Of a stretch of 64,000 nucleotides of DNA, positions 48,448 to 54,495 are shown piece after piece (position 1 is the stretch's first letter; each line of letters begins with the position of its first letter). A model generated the notes under the pieces. The model worked only from the letters and a program-made list of their open reading frames with translations, did no database searches and was not told where the DNA came from. The DNA is from a virus, in the IMG/VR virus record IMGVR_UViG_3300045988_179268, positions 192,001-256,000 of that record; one strand, written 5' to 3'. The position numbers and the translations under genes are program-made.

Positions 48448-48568
48448 CCCGAGTCAGCAACAGGCAACCCAGACATCTTAACCGCGTTCCCTATATACGC
48501 GGGATGACTCACAGGCTCACCCTCACATACTCGCTGGGTGGATTCTCCAACATACGTAGGGCTGGCTC
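48419..48568 (+). CRISPR. mini-array: E3 terminal repeat plus two degenerate repeats
   Basis: repeat ends at 48447, 48510 and 48568 (periods 63 and 58 nt); repeats CGCGTTCCCTATATACGCGGGATGACTC and GGATTCTCCAACATACGTAGGGCTGGCTC. Confidence 0.45.
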
Positions 48569-48604
48569 ATACCAGGTGTGTGACACAGATAACACAAAAT
48601 CAGG

Positions 48605-48634
48605 TTGCGTACCATGAAAAACATGTGGTACACT
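48605..48634 (+). promoter_or_regulatory. tRNA/E operon promoter
   Basis: TTGCGT, 18-nt spacer, TGTGGTACACT; upstream palindrome TGTGTGACACA. Confidence 0.7.
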
Positions 48635-48718
48635 TGATATATAAGGCGCGGGGGTTTGAGAAAGCCGCCAATGCAAAGCTCATTGATAACTATATAGGGT
48701 AAAAACTATTGAACATAA

Positions 48719-48802
48719 GCCGCAGTGCCTGAGTTTGGAAAAAGGGGCTGACTGTAAATTAGCTGTCGTTCGACTACGGGGGTTCAAATCCCTCCTGCGG
48801 CA
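48719..48802 (+). tRNA. tRNA-Tyr(GTA)
   Basis: acceptor GCCGCAG/CTGCGGC, anticodon arm GCTGA-CTGTAAA-TTAGC, long variable arm, T-loop TTCAAAT; no encoded CCA. Confidence 0.85.
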
Positions 48803-48831
48803 CGCAACACATCATTAAGATGTGTTCTATA

Positions 48832-48990
48832 TACCTCGCCTGTTGGTGAGATGGGAGAGGTAGTAAAAATAAACGGGTAGGCAACAGTGTTTGTCACGCC
48901 AAAACCTGAAAAGCAGGTTATAGCCACAGGGCAATCTGGGCGCTCCTTGACCGTGCAACAAGGGGTCACCAAAAATCAAAGCACGGGTAT
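48832..48990 (+). ncRNA. E-module E4 (divergent variant)
   Basis: P1 TACCTCGCC..GGGAGAGGTA and AATAAACGGG are conserved; the central part is replaced by other hairpins; GGGGTCACC is retained; 3' end unclear. Confidence 0.4.
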
Positions 48991-49020
48991 GTTCAACACG
49001 TCAGCATAATTGAGTGCTGT

Positions 49021-49174
49021 GACCTCGACCTGCGAGGGGCGGGGAGGTCGAAAAAATAAATGGGCAGGCGGCTACCAGCTATCCTGTCAAGACCAGGAAG
49101 GCTGACGACAGTCAGCTGGAGGGTTACCGTCTAGTGAAACGCTAGACCCAACTCATATAGAGGAAATCCGGCTC
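49021..49174 (+). ncRNA. E-module E5
   Basis: P1 GACCTCGACCTGC/GCGGGGAGGTC (compensatory changes), TCAAGACCAGGA, GGAGGGTTACCGTC, P4; terminal hairpin CTC-ATATA-GAG covaries with CCC..GGG in other copies. Confidence 0.7.
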
Positions 49175-49260
49175 AGTATATATCAGGGGTCACTTTCCCA
49201 TACACGCGAGGATGGCTCCATAGCGGGATGGTTGAAACCTCCCTACATGCGGGATGGCTC
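49146..49260 (+). CRISPR. degenerate repeat cluster after E5 (13-15-nt intervals)
   Basis: repeat-like units end at 49174, 49218 and 49260; ..CCCATACACGCGAGGATGGCTC and ..CCCTACATGCGGGATGGCTC. Confidence 0.35.
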
Positions 49261-49287
49261 CCGCAACAAAATAATACGAAACCAGGC

Positions 49288-49316
49288 TTGCAAACCACAA
49301 AAACATGTGGTACACT
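49288..49316 (+). promoter_or_regulatory. tRNA/E operon promoter
   Basis: TTGCAA, 17-nt spacer, TGTGGTACACT. Confidence 0.7.
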
Positions 49317-49327
49317 GGTTTACATAG

Positions 49328-49398
49328 GCCCATCTAGCTTAATGTAAAGCAACAGTCTTCAAAACTGTGAGATGTCGGTTCAAGTCCGGCGGTGGGTG
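49328..49398 (+). tRNA. tRNA with UCA anticodon (UGA-reading; suppressor or Trp-like)
   Basis: acceptor GCCCATC/GGTGGGT, D arm GCTT/AAGC, anticodon arm ACAGT-CTTCAAA-ACTGT, T arm GTCGG-TTCAAGT-CCGGC, discriminator G. Confidence 0.8.
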
Positions 49399-49447
49399 CT
49401 TGCAAGTAACAAAACCGGAGTTCTAGCCGAAAGTGGCGTAACTTGCG

Positions 49448-49529
49448 GCGTGTAATGACCACGAAGGCAAGTGGCGAGCCCAGTTAGAATGGGCACGTAA
49501 TAGTAGGGGTCGGTTCCCTTCTACACGCT
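49448..49529 (+). tRNA. non-canonical tRNA-like element, possible pseudo-tRNA
   Basis: perfect 7-bp terminal stem GCGTGTA/TACACGC and an anticodon-like arm GCCCA-GTTAGAA-TGGGC (TAG), but the D and T arms do not fold canonically. Confidence 0.3.
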
Positions 49530-49534
49530 CTACA

Positions 49535-49674
49535 CTCCTCGTCTGCGAGAGATTGGGAGAGGAGGATAATAAAAACGGGCGCTAACCGCGTCAAGACCAG
49601 GAAAGCCAACGATAGTCAGCTTGAGGGTCACCGTCTAGTGAAACACTAGACCCAGCCCACGTAAGGGGCGGCTC
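49535..49674 (+). ncRNA. E-module E6
   Basis: P1 CTCCTC../..GAGGAG (compensatory changes), AAAAACGGG, TCAAGACCAGGA, TTGAGGGTCACCGTC, P4; ends CCCAGCCCACGTAAGGGGCGGCTC. Confidence 0.7.
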
Positions 49675-49728
49675 AAGAGCAGTGCTTTTACACAGCAAAG
49701 GTCGTGGGTTCAAATCCCTCACGAACCA
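49675..49728 (+). pseudogene. 3' fragment of a Tyr-type tRNA abutting E6
   Basis: GTCGTGGGTTCAAATCCCTCACGAACCA matches the T arm and acceptor 3' strand pattern of the Tyr tRNAs, but no complementary 5' acceptor strand lies upstream. Confidence 0.5.
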
Positions 49729-49756
49729 CACTTGGTACCCTTTTATAGGGCATCAA

Positions 49757-49829
49757 GTCTCTTTAGCTCAGATAGTAGAGCGCCCGCCTGAAGAGCGGGA
49801 GGTCGCCAGTGCAAGCCTGGCAGGAGACA
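49757..49829 (+). tRNA. tRNA-Phe(GAA)
   Basis: acceptor GTCTCTT/AGGAGAC, anticodon arm CCCGC-CTGAAGA-GCGGG, T arm GCCAG-TGCAAGC-CTGGC. Confidence 0.85.
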
Positions 49830-49861
49830 CGTAAGCCCACCTATTTTTTCGGTGGTGCATT

Positions 49862-50004
49862 ACCTCTCGCCTGTGAGAGACGGGAGAGAGTGAAAACGGA
49901 CGGGCGGCTTCGGTTGCCTGTCAAGACCAGGAGAATTAACTTCGGTTAATTTGAGGGTTACCGTCTAGTAAAATACTTAGACCCACCCATGTATGGGAAG
50001 GCTC
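49862..50004 (+). ncRNA. E-module E7
   Basis: all conserved blocks present; P3 AATTAAC-TTCG-GTTAATT; ends CCCACCCATGTATGGGAAGGCTC. Confidence 0.7.
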
Positions 50005-50064
50005 ATCCAGTCTACAGCTAAGAAAGCGCGCGGTGCAGTATTTCTTATATACACGGGATGGCTC
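49976..50064 (+). CRISPR. one-spacer unit after E7
   Basis: terminal repeat ends at 50004, 33-nt spacer 50005-50037, repeat GTATTTCTTATATACACGGGATGGCTC at 50038-50064. Confidence 0.45.
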
Positions 50065-50202
50065 TCTTACAGTCTGGTTCCTTTTTTGCGCCCATGTGGG
50101 CTGACTGGGAATTACTTATATGAAGAAAGAAGAGATGTGGCATCACTAACATGCACTGCTTTATCTCTGTTTTTTCAGTGACACAGATAACACAAAATCG
50201 AG

Positions 50203-50232
50203 TTGCAAACCACGAAAAACATGTGGTACACT
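50203..50232 (+). promoter_or_regulatory. tRNA/E operon promoter
   Basis: TTGCAA, 18-nt spacer, TGTGGTACACT. Confidence 0.7.
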
Positions 50233-50314
50233 TTATATATGAGACGTGAGGGCTTGAAAGAGTCCCCGACGCAAAAGCTCATTGAAAACCTTATAGAGTA
50301 AACTATTTAATCAA

Positions 50315-50398
50315 GCCGTTGTATCCAAGTGGTCAAAGGAAACTGTCTGTAAAACAGTCGCTATCGAAGCTTCGTGGGTTCGACTCCCTCCGGCGGCA
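50315..50398 (+). tRNA. tRNA-Tyr(GTA), second copy
   Basis: acceptor GCCGTTG/CGGCGGC, anticodon arm ACTGT-CTGTAAA-ACAGT, long variable arm, T-loop TTCGACT. Confidence 0.85.
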
Positions 50399-50469
50399 CG
50401 AGACACATTACTAGAATGTGTTTAGCTACATCATCTATACGTGCTATAGTTGTTGCAGTAAATATTTTT

Positions 50470-50540
50470 GGCGTACTAGTTTAGTGGTAAAACCTCAGTC
50501 TTCCAAACTGATGATACGGGTTCGATTCCCGTGTACGCCT
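50470..50540 (+). tRNA. tRNA-Gly(TCC)
   Basis: acceptor GGCGTAC/GTACGCC, anticodon arm TCAGT-CTTCCAA-ACTGA, T arm ACGGG-TTCGATT-CCCGT, discriminator T. Confidence 0.85.
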
Positions 50541-50544
50541 CTAT

Positions 50545-50683
50545 GCTCCTCGCCTGTGAGAGACGGGAGAGGAGCTAAATCTAAACGGACACTCACGTGT
50601 CAAGACCAGGAGAGTTGGGCAACCTACTCAAGGGTTACCGTCAAAGTAAAGCTTTGGCACGCTCCGCATAAGGTCGATGACTT
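50545..50683 (+). ncRNA. E-module E8
   Basis: starts 5 nt after tRNA-Gly; P1 GCTCCTCGCCTGT/ACGGGAGAGGAGC, TCTAAACGG, TCAAGACCAGGA, AAGGGTTACCGTC; degenerate end ..GGTCGATGACTT. Confidence 0.65.
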
Positions 50684-50818
50684 AGAGTAAGTATCTACAT
50701 GTTCTAAGTCATCGTGCGGGATTCGCGTCTCACTAAATCCTGCGTGTCTAAGGATTCTCCTTCTCATTAGAGAGACTATAGATGCGTTTTACATAATCTG
50801 AAATAACTAACACTTTAA

Positions 50819-50900
50819 GCGCTTGTGGCGGAATTGGCAGACGCGGCAGACTTAGAATCTGTTGTCAGCAGACGTGTGGGTTCGAGTCCCACCAGGCGCA
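50819..50900 (+). tRNA. tRNA-Leu(TAG)
   Basis: acceptor GCGCTTG/CAGGCGC, anticodon arm GCAGA-CTTAGAA-TCTGT, long variable arm, T arm GTGGG-TTCGAGT-CCCAC. Confidence 0.85.
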
Positions 50901-50930
50901 CTTGGTGTCCACAAGTGCATGTGGGTGCCC

Positions 50931-51052
50931 GCTTCCGTATCCAAGCTAGGTTAAGGGGAGCGTCTTTCATGAGCCTTCTGCACATAACGGCTATGGGAGC
51001 GCTTGCGGTGCATGAGAGTGCCCGCGCGCCGGTTCAAATCCGGTCGGAAGCA
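50931..51052 (+). tRNA. over-long (122 nt) tRNA-like element, anticodon not assignable
   Basis: acceptor GCTTCCG/CGGAAGC and T arm GCCGG-TTCAAAT-CCGGT are canonical, with a plausible D arm; about 35 extra nt lie in the anticodon/variable region. Confidence 0.35.
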
Positions 51053-51084
51053 CGTAACGCCACCTACTATGGTGGCTTGTTACT

Positions 51085-51227
51085 CACCTCGCCTATGAGA
51101 GATGGGAGAGGTGAATAATCTAAACGGACACTAACCATGTCAAGACCAGGAGAACTAGCTTACGCTGGTTAGAGGGTCACCGTCTAACAAAATGTTTAGA
51201 CCCGCCTCGTATTTATGGGGTAGGCTT
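51085..51227 (+). ncRNA. E-module E9
   Basis: P1 CACCTCGCCTAT/ATGGGAGAGGTG (G-C to A-T compensation); all blocks present; ends CCCGCCTCGTATTTATGGGGTAGGCTT. Confidence 0.7.
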
Positions 51228-51309
51228 TCAGCCTCATTAGGTAACCTATTGAGGCACCCTTATTGCAATAGGGGAGCCTTCGGGCTTCTGGCTTTTATCA
51301 CTCATTCTT

Positions 51310-51339
51310 TTGCGAGATTGAGTGTTGGTGTGGTATACT
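51310..51339 (+). promoter_or_regulatory. tRNA operon promoter
   Basis: TTGCGA, 18-nt spacer, TGTGGTATACT. Confidence 0.65.
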
Positions 51340-51358
51340 TATCATGCTTACTCTTTAG

Positions 51359-51438
51359 GCGCTTGTGGCGGAACTGGCAGACGCGGCGGACTTAAAATCC
51401 GCTTCTTCGGAGTGTGGGTTCGAGTCCCACCTGGCGCA
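51359..51438 (+). tRNA. tRNA-Leu(TAA)
   Basis: anticodon arm GCGGA-CTTAAAA-TCCGC, long variable arm, T arm GTGGG-TTCGAGT-CCCAC. Confidence 0.85.
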
Positions 51439-51468
51439 CGCAACCACCCTTAACTGGGAGGTTTATAT

Positions 51469-51542
51469 TCCCTTGTAGCTCAATTGGCAGATGCGCCCGA
51501 CTGTTAATCGGGAGGTTACTGGTTCGAGTCCAGTCTGGGGAG
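51469..51542 (+). tRNA. tRNA-Asn(GTT)
   Basis: acceptor TCCCTTG/CTGGGGA, anticodon arm CCCGA-CTGTTAA-TCGGG, T arm ACTGG-TTCGAGT-CCAGT. Confidence 0.8.
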
Positions 51543-51594
51543 CTTACGTCACTTATGCGTGGCGTTGATACCTTAGCTTTTTTGTTAAGGTTCT

Positions 51595-51670
51595 GGTCTG
51601 TTAGCTCAGTGTTGGTTAGAGCACCGCCCTGTCACGGCGGAGGCCGCGGGTTCGAGCCCCGTACAGACCG
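51595..51670 (+). tRNA. tRNA-Asp(GTC)
   Basis: acceptor GGTCTGT/ACAGACC, anticodon arm CCGCC-CTGTCAC-GGCGG, T-loop TTCGAGC. Confidence 0.85.
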
Positions 51671-51692
51671 CGTATAGTTTTTTTGGCTATGC

Positions 51693-51831
51693 CTCTCGCC
51701 TGTGAGAGACGGGAGAGAGTAAAAACGGACAGGTAGCTTCGGTTACCTGTCAAGACCAGGATAGCGGGGTAACCTGCTTGAGGGTCACCGTCTGACAAAA
51801 TGTTAGACCCAGCCCACGTAGGGGATGGCTC
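51693..51831 (+). ncRNA. E-module E10
   Basis: follows tRNA-Asp; all blocks present; ends CCCAGCCCACGTAGGGGATGGCTC; followed by a 32-nt spacer and a full repeat. Confidence 0.75.
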
Positions 51832-51892
51832 CTTGGACTCGAAGTTTTGACGAATAGGGAGTCCGTTTTCCCAGCACACGCGGGAGTGGCTC
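51803..51892 (+). CRISPR. one-spacer unit with exact 29+32 nt geometry after E10
   Basis: terminal repeat ends at 51831, spacer 51832-51863 (32 nt), repeat CGTTTTCCCAGCACACGCGGGAGTGGCTC at 51864-51892; period 61 nt. Confidence 0.6.
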
Positions 51893-51932
51893 ACCGTGAC
51901 CTCCTGTGTGATACAGGTAACATAAAAACGGC

Positions 51933-51962
51933 TTGCATACCATAGAAACTATATGGTACACT
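51933..51962 (+). promoter_or_regulatory. tRNA operon promoter
   Basis: TTGCAT, 18-nt spacer, TATGGTACACT; upstream palindrome CCTGTGTGATACAGG. Confidence 0.65.
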
Positions 51963-52029
51963 TGCTATATATGGTTCGGGGAAACCTGAAAGACCGATAC
52001 GCTATTTCTTAATTGAATGAATTTTTTTT

Positions 52030-52103
52030 GCCTCCTTAGCTCAGTTGGTTAGAGCATCTGTCTTGTAAACAGAGGGTCGCCGGTTCGACTCCGGCAGGAG
52101 GCT
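52030..52103 (+). tRNA. tRNA-Thr(TGT)
   Basis: acceptor GCCTCCT/AGGAGGC, anticodon arm TCTGT-CTTGTAA-ACAGA, T arm GCCGG-TTCGACT-CCGGC. Confidence 0.9.
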
Positions 52104-52139
52104 CGCTAAAGTAGATAGTTTTACTGTTTGCTTTTATGA

Positions 52140-52212
<73 letters not shown>

Positions 52213-52242
52213 CTCACACGCCTGTTGCAGGTTGTGTGTTAA

Positions 52243-52315
52243 GCGCCTTTAGCTCAGTCGGTAGAGCAGTGGACTTTTAATCCTCGGGTCGCGGGTTCGA
52301 GCCCCGCAGGGCGCA
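52243..52315 (+). tRNA. tRNA-Lys(TTT)
   Basis: acceptor GCGCCTT/AGGGCGC, anticodon loop CTTTTAA, T arm GCGGG-TTCGAGC-CCCGC. Confidence 0.85.
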
Positions 52316-52552
52316 CGTAGCATGAAGGGATGTAGCTAATCCTTTCGTAATACACCGGATAAACACTATTCAGAAGGTCGTAGGTTAAAATCCTGCCACG
52401 TGCCACATTGCACGTGTAGCTCGGTGTTATAAGAGCGTCTGGACGGTGCCGGTTTAAGCCATACACAGGGGAAGTGACCTACACACTTCCATAGGGGTAG
52501 CGCCCCGGCTGTCTTGTAGGATAAGGGTACCTCTTAGCGGGGGTGCTCTCAT

Positions 52553-52628
52553 GGTCTGTTAGCTCAGTGTTGGTTAGAGCACCGCCCTGTCACGGCGGAG
52601 GTCGCGGGTTCAAGTCCCGTACAGACCG
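52553..52628 (+). tRNA. tRNA-Asp(GTC), second copy
   Basis: near-identical to 51595-51670; T-loop TTCAAGT. Confidence 0.85.
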
Positions 52629-52666
52629 CTTATATGGCGCACTGACCGCCTAAATAGTCAGTCTAA

Positions 52667-52740
52667 GCCCTTGTAACTCAGCTGGTTAGAGTGCCGCTCT
52701 GATAAGGCGGATGCCGGTGGTTCAAGTCCACCCAAGGGCA
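52667..52740 (+). tRNA. tRNA-Ile(GAT)
   Basis: acceptor GCCCTTG/CAAGGGC, anticodon arm CCGCT-CTGATAA-GGCGG, T arm GGTGG-TTCAAGT-CCACC. Confidence 0.9.
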
Positions 52741-52742
52741 CT

Positions 52743-52814
52743 GTGTGTGAAGCCGGATAGCGAGGCGCTTGCTTGTGGCGCAAGTAGTAGCGGGTGCGAT
52801 TCCCGTCACACACC
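52743..52814 (+). tRNA. tRNA-His(GTG)
   Basis: acceptor GTGTGTG/CACACAC, anticodon arm CTTGC-TTGTGGC-GCAAG, T arm GCGGG-TGCGATT-CCCGT, discriminator C. Confidence 0.85.
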
Positions 52815-52816
52815 CC

Positions 52817-52891
52817 GCTCCCCTAGTTCAGTCTGGATAGAACGCCGTGCTACGAACGCGGAGGTGGCAGGTTCAAATCCTGCGGGGAGCA
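52817..52891 (+). tRNA. tRNA-Arg(ACG)
   Basis: acceptor GCTCCCC/GGGGAGC, anticodon arm CCGTG-CTACGAA-CGCGG, T arm GCAGG-TTCAAAT-CCTGC. Confidence 0.9.
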
Positions 52892-52924
52892 CGTAACAGC
52901 ACCTATTATGGTAGTGTGTTATAT

Positions 52925-53070
52925 ACCTCGCCTGTGAGAGACGGGAGAGGTGGTAAATCTAAACGGATAGGTGGCATCGGCTACCTGTCAAGACCAGGAT
53001 GGCGGGGCAACCTGCTTGAGGGTCACCGTCTAGTGAAACACTCAGACCCAACCCACATAAGGGAAAACGT
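52925..53070 (+). ncRNA. E-module E11
   Basis: follows tRNA-Arg(ACG); all blocks present; degenerate end CCCACATAAGGGAAAACGT. Confidence 0.65.
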
Positions 53071-53120
53071 AAGGTGAATCTATTTTGCGGCTTGACCCGG
53101 TATTAAGCCTAGTCAGGAAG

Positions 53121-53205
53121 ATTTTTCCCTACGCATGTGAGGCTGGCTCTACTCAGCCTAACATGCGTAGGCGACGTTTTCTCCGTACACGCGAGGGGAT
53201 GGCTC
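53121..53205 (+). CRISPR. two degenerate repeats after E11
   Basis: ATTTTTCCCTACGCATGTGAGGCTGGCTC at 53121-53149 and GTTTTCTCCGTACACGCGAGGGGATGGCTC at 53176-53205; 26-nt interval; the first repeat and the interval form a long inverted repeat. Confidence 0.4.
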
Positions 53206-53288
53206 CGGCTAGGATACGCCCTTCAAGGCGGCGCTACTTTCTTTACATACATAGAAAGTCAGCTTTTATCAATATGCTCACAACATAT

Positions 53289-53361
53289 GCCCCCATCGTC
53301 TAGATGGTTAGGATACTACCCTTTCAAGGTAGAGATGCGGGTTCGAGTCCCGTTGGGGGTA
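53289..53361 (+). tRNA. tRNA-Glu(TTC)
   Basis: acceptor GCCCCCA/TGGGGGT, anticodon arm CTACC-CTTTCAA-GGTAG, T arm GCGGG-TTCGAGT-CCCGT. Confidence 0.85.
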
Positions 53362-53496
53362 CGCAAGCTTCAAGAGTTATATTTGTAGCTTTTGGAAGCT
53401 GGCATGGGGTCATGCTGTTTTTATAGTTATGGTCACAATTTAACCTTTCGTTACATCGAGTAGCGGCTCGCCGTCTTGTTGGTTGCCGCTATTCTT

Positions 53497-53570
53497 ATCC
53501 CAGTAGCTCAGTGGATAGAGCGCCCGCCTCCTAAGCGGGGTCGTCACAGGTTCGACTCCTGTCTGGGATA
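53497..53570 (+). tRNA. tRNA-Arg(CCT)
   Basis: acceptor ATCCCAG/CTGGGAT, anticodon arm CCCGC-CTCCTAA-GCGGG, T arm ACAGG-TTCGACT-CCTGT. Confidence 0.85.
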
Positions 53571-53604
53571 CTTTTAGGTAAACCTGTTTTTTAGGTTTAC
53601 CGTT

Positions 53605-53677
53605 GCCTCCTTAGCTCAGCGGATAGAGTACCCGATTCCGAGTCGGGTGGTCACAGGTTCGATTCCTGTAGGAGGCG
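53605..53677 (+). tRNA. tRNA-Arg(CCG)
   Basis: acceptor GCCTCCT/AGGAGGC, anticodon arm CCCGA-TTCCGAG-TCGGG, T arm ACAGG-TTCGATT-CCTGT. Confidence 0.85.
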
Positions 53678-53678
53678 C

Positions 53679-53750
53679 GTCCCCGTGGTCTAATCGGGAG
53701 GATGCCGCTCTCTCAAGGCGGCGATGCGGGTTCGAGTCCCGTCGGGGGTA
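53679..53750 (+). tRNA. tRNA-Glu(CTC)
   Basis: acceptor GTCCCCG/CGGGGGT, anticodon arm CCGCT-CTCTCAA-GGCGG, T arm GCGGG-TTCGAGT-CCCGT. Confidence 0.8.
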
Positions 53751-53874
53751 CGCTCATGCGCGGCTTTTTGTTGCGTGTGTTGTGGTGACTTTCGGTAGTT
53801 ACCTTTTTTGTACGGCTTGGGCTGGGTTTGGTTTTTCCTCACTTTTGCCTTACTCAGGTTTCTGGTCGTGTTTC

Positions 53875-53947
53875 GCGCTTTTAGCTCAGTTGGTAGAGCA
53901 AGGGACTCTTAATCCCTGGGTCGCGGGTTCGAGCCCCGCAGGGCGCA
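53875..53947 (+). tRNA. tRNA-Lys(CTT)
   Basis: acceptor GCGCTTT/AGGGCGC, anticodon arm AGGGA-CTCTTAA-TCCCT, T arm GCGGG-TTCGAGC-CCCGC. Confidence 0.85.
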
Positions 53948-53977
53948 CGTAGCACATTCCTTTTGGGTGTGTTTACT

Positions 53978-54128
53978 CACCTCGCCTGTGAGGGACTGGG
54001 AGAGGTGGCTAATCTAAACGGATGGGTAGCTTTGATTGCCTGTCAAGACCAGGAGAATCTGCCTTTGGTGGGTTTGAGGGTCACCGTCTAATAAAATATT
54101 AGACCCAACCCTGTGCAGGGGATGGCTC
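53978..54128 (+). ncRNA. E-module E12
   Basis: follows tRNA-Lys(CTT); all blocks present; ends CCCAACCCTGTGCAGGGGATGGCTC. Confidence 0.7.
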
Positions 54129-54175
54129 GACAAAAAAGTCAGGCGGTGTTTTCCCTGTATACGCGGGGATGACTC
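54100..54175 (+). CRISPR. E12 terminal repeat plus one repeat, 18-nt interval
   Basis: repeat TGTTTTCCCTGTATACGCGGGGATGACTC at 54147-54175. Confidence 0.4.
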
Positions 54176-54206
54176 ACCGCTAATATGTACAATTCCATAC
54201 CTTTTT

Positions 54207-54279
54207 GCCCTAGTAGCTCAGGGGATAGAGCAGTCGCCTTCTAAGCGATTGGTCGCAGGTTCGAATCCTGCCTGGGGCA
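54207..54279 (+). tRNA. tRNA-Arg(TCT)
   Basis: acceptor GCCCTAG/CTGGGGC, anticodon arm GTCGC-CTTCTAA-GCGAT, T arm GCAGG-TTCGAAT-CCTGC. Confidence 0.85.
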
Positions 54280-54306
54280 CGCTATATGCCTCAAGGTGTG
54301 TCGCAA

Positions 54307-54459
54307 CACCTCGCCTGTGAGGGACTGGGAGAGGTGGTTAATCTAAACGGGTGGGTGGCTTTGGTTGCCTGCCAAGACCAGGAAAGCTGGCTTCGGTCAG
54401 TTTGAGGGTCACCGTCAAAGTAAAACTTTGGCTCATCTACCGCATAAAGTGAATGGGAA
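54307..54459 (+). ncRNA. E-module E13
   Basis: follows tRNA-Arg(TCT); all blocks present; end of the E2 type, CTCATCTACCGCATAAAGTGAATGGGA. Confidence 0.7.
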
Positions 54460-54495
54460 ATGTGGGTTGGCGAGGTGTTTATCCTTGTCAATAAG

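Larger units (their letters stand above)
53679..54128 (+). repeat. segmental duplication unit (Glu-CTC, Lys-CTT, E-module), copy 1
   Basis: same gene order and near-identical trailer and E sequence as 54670-55029; copy 2 lacks about 90 nt of the Glu-Lys spacer. Confidence 0.7.
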
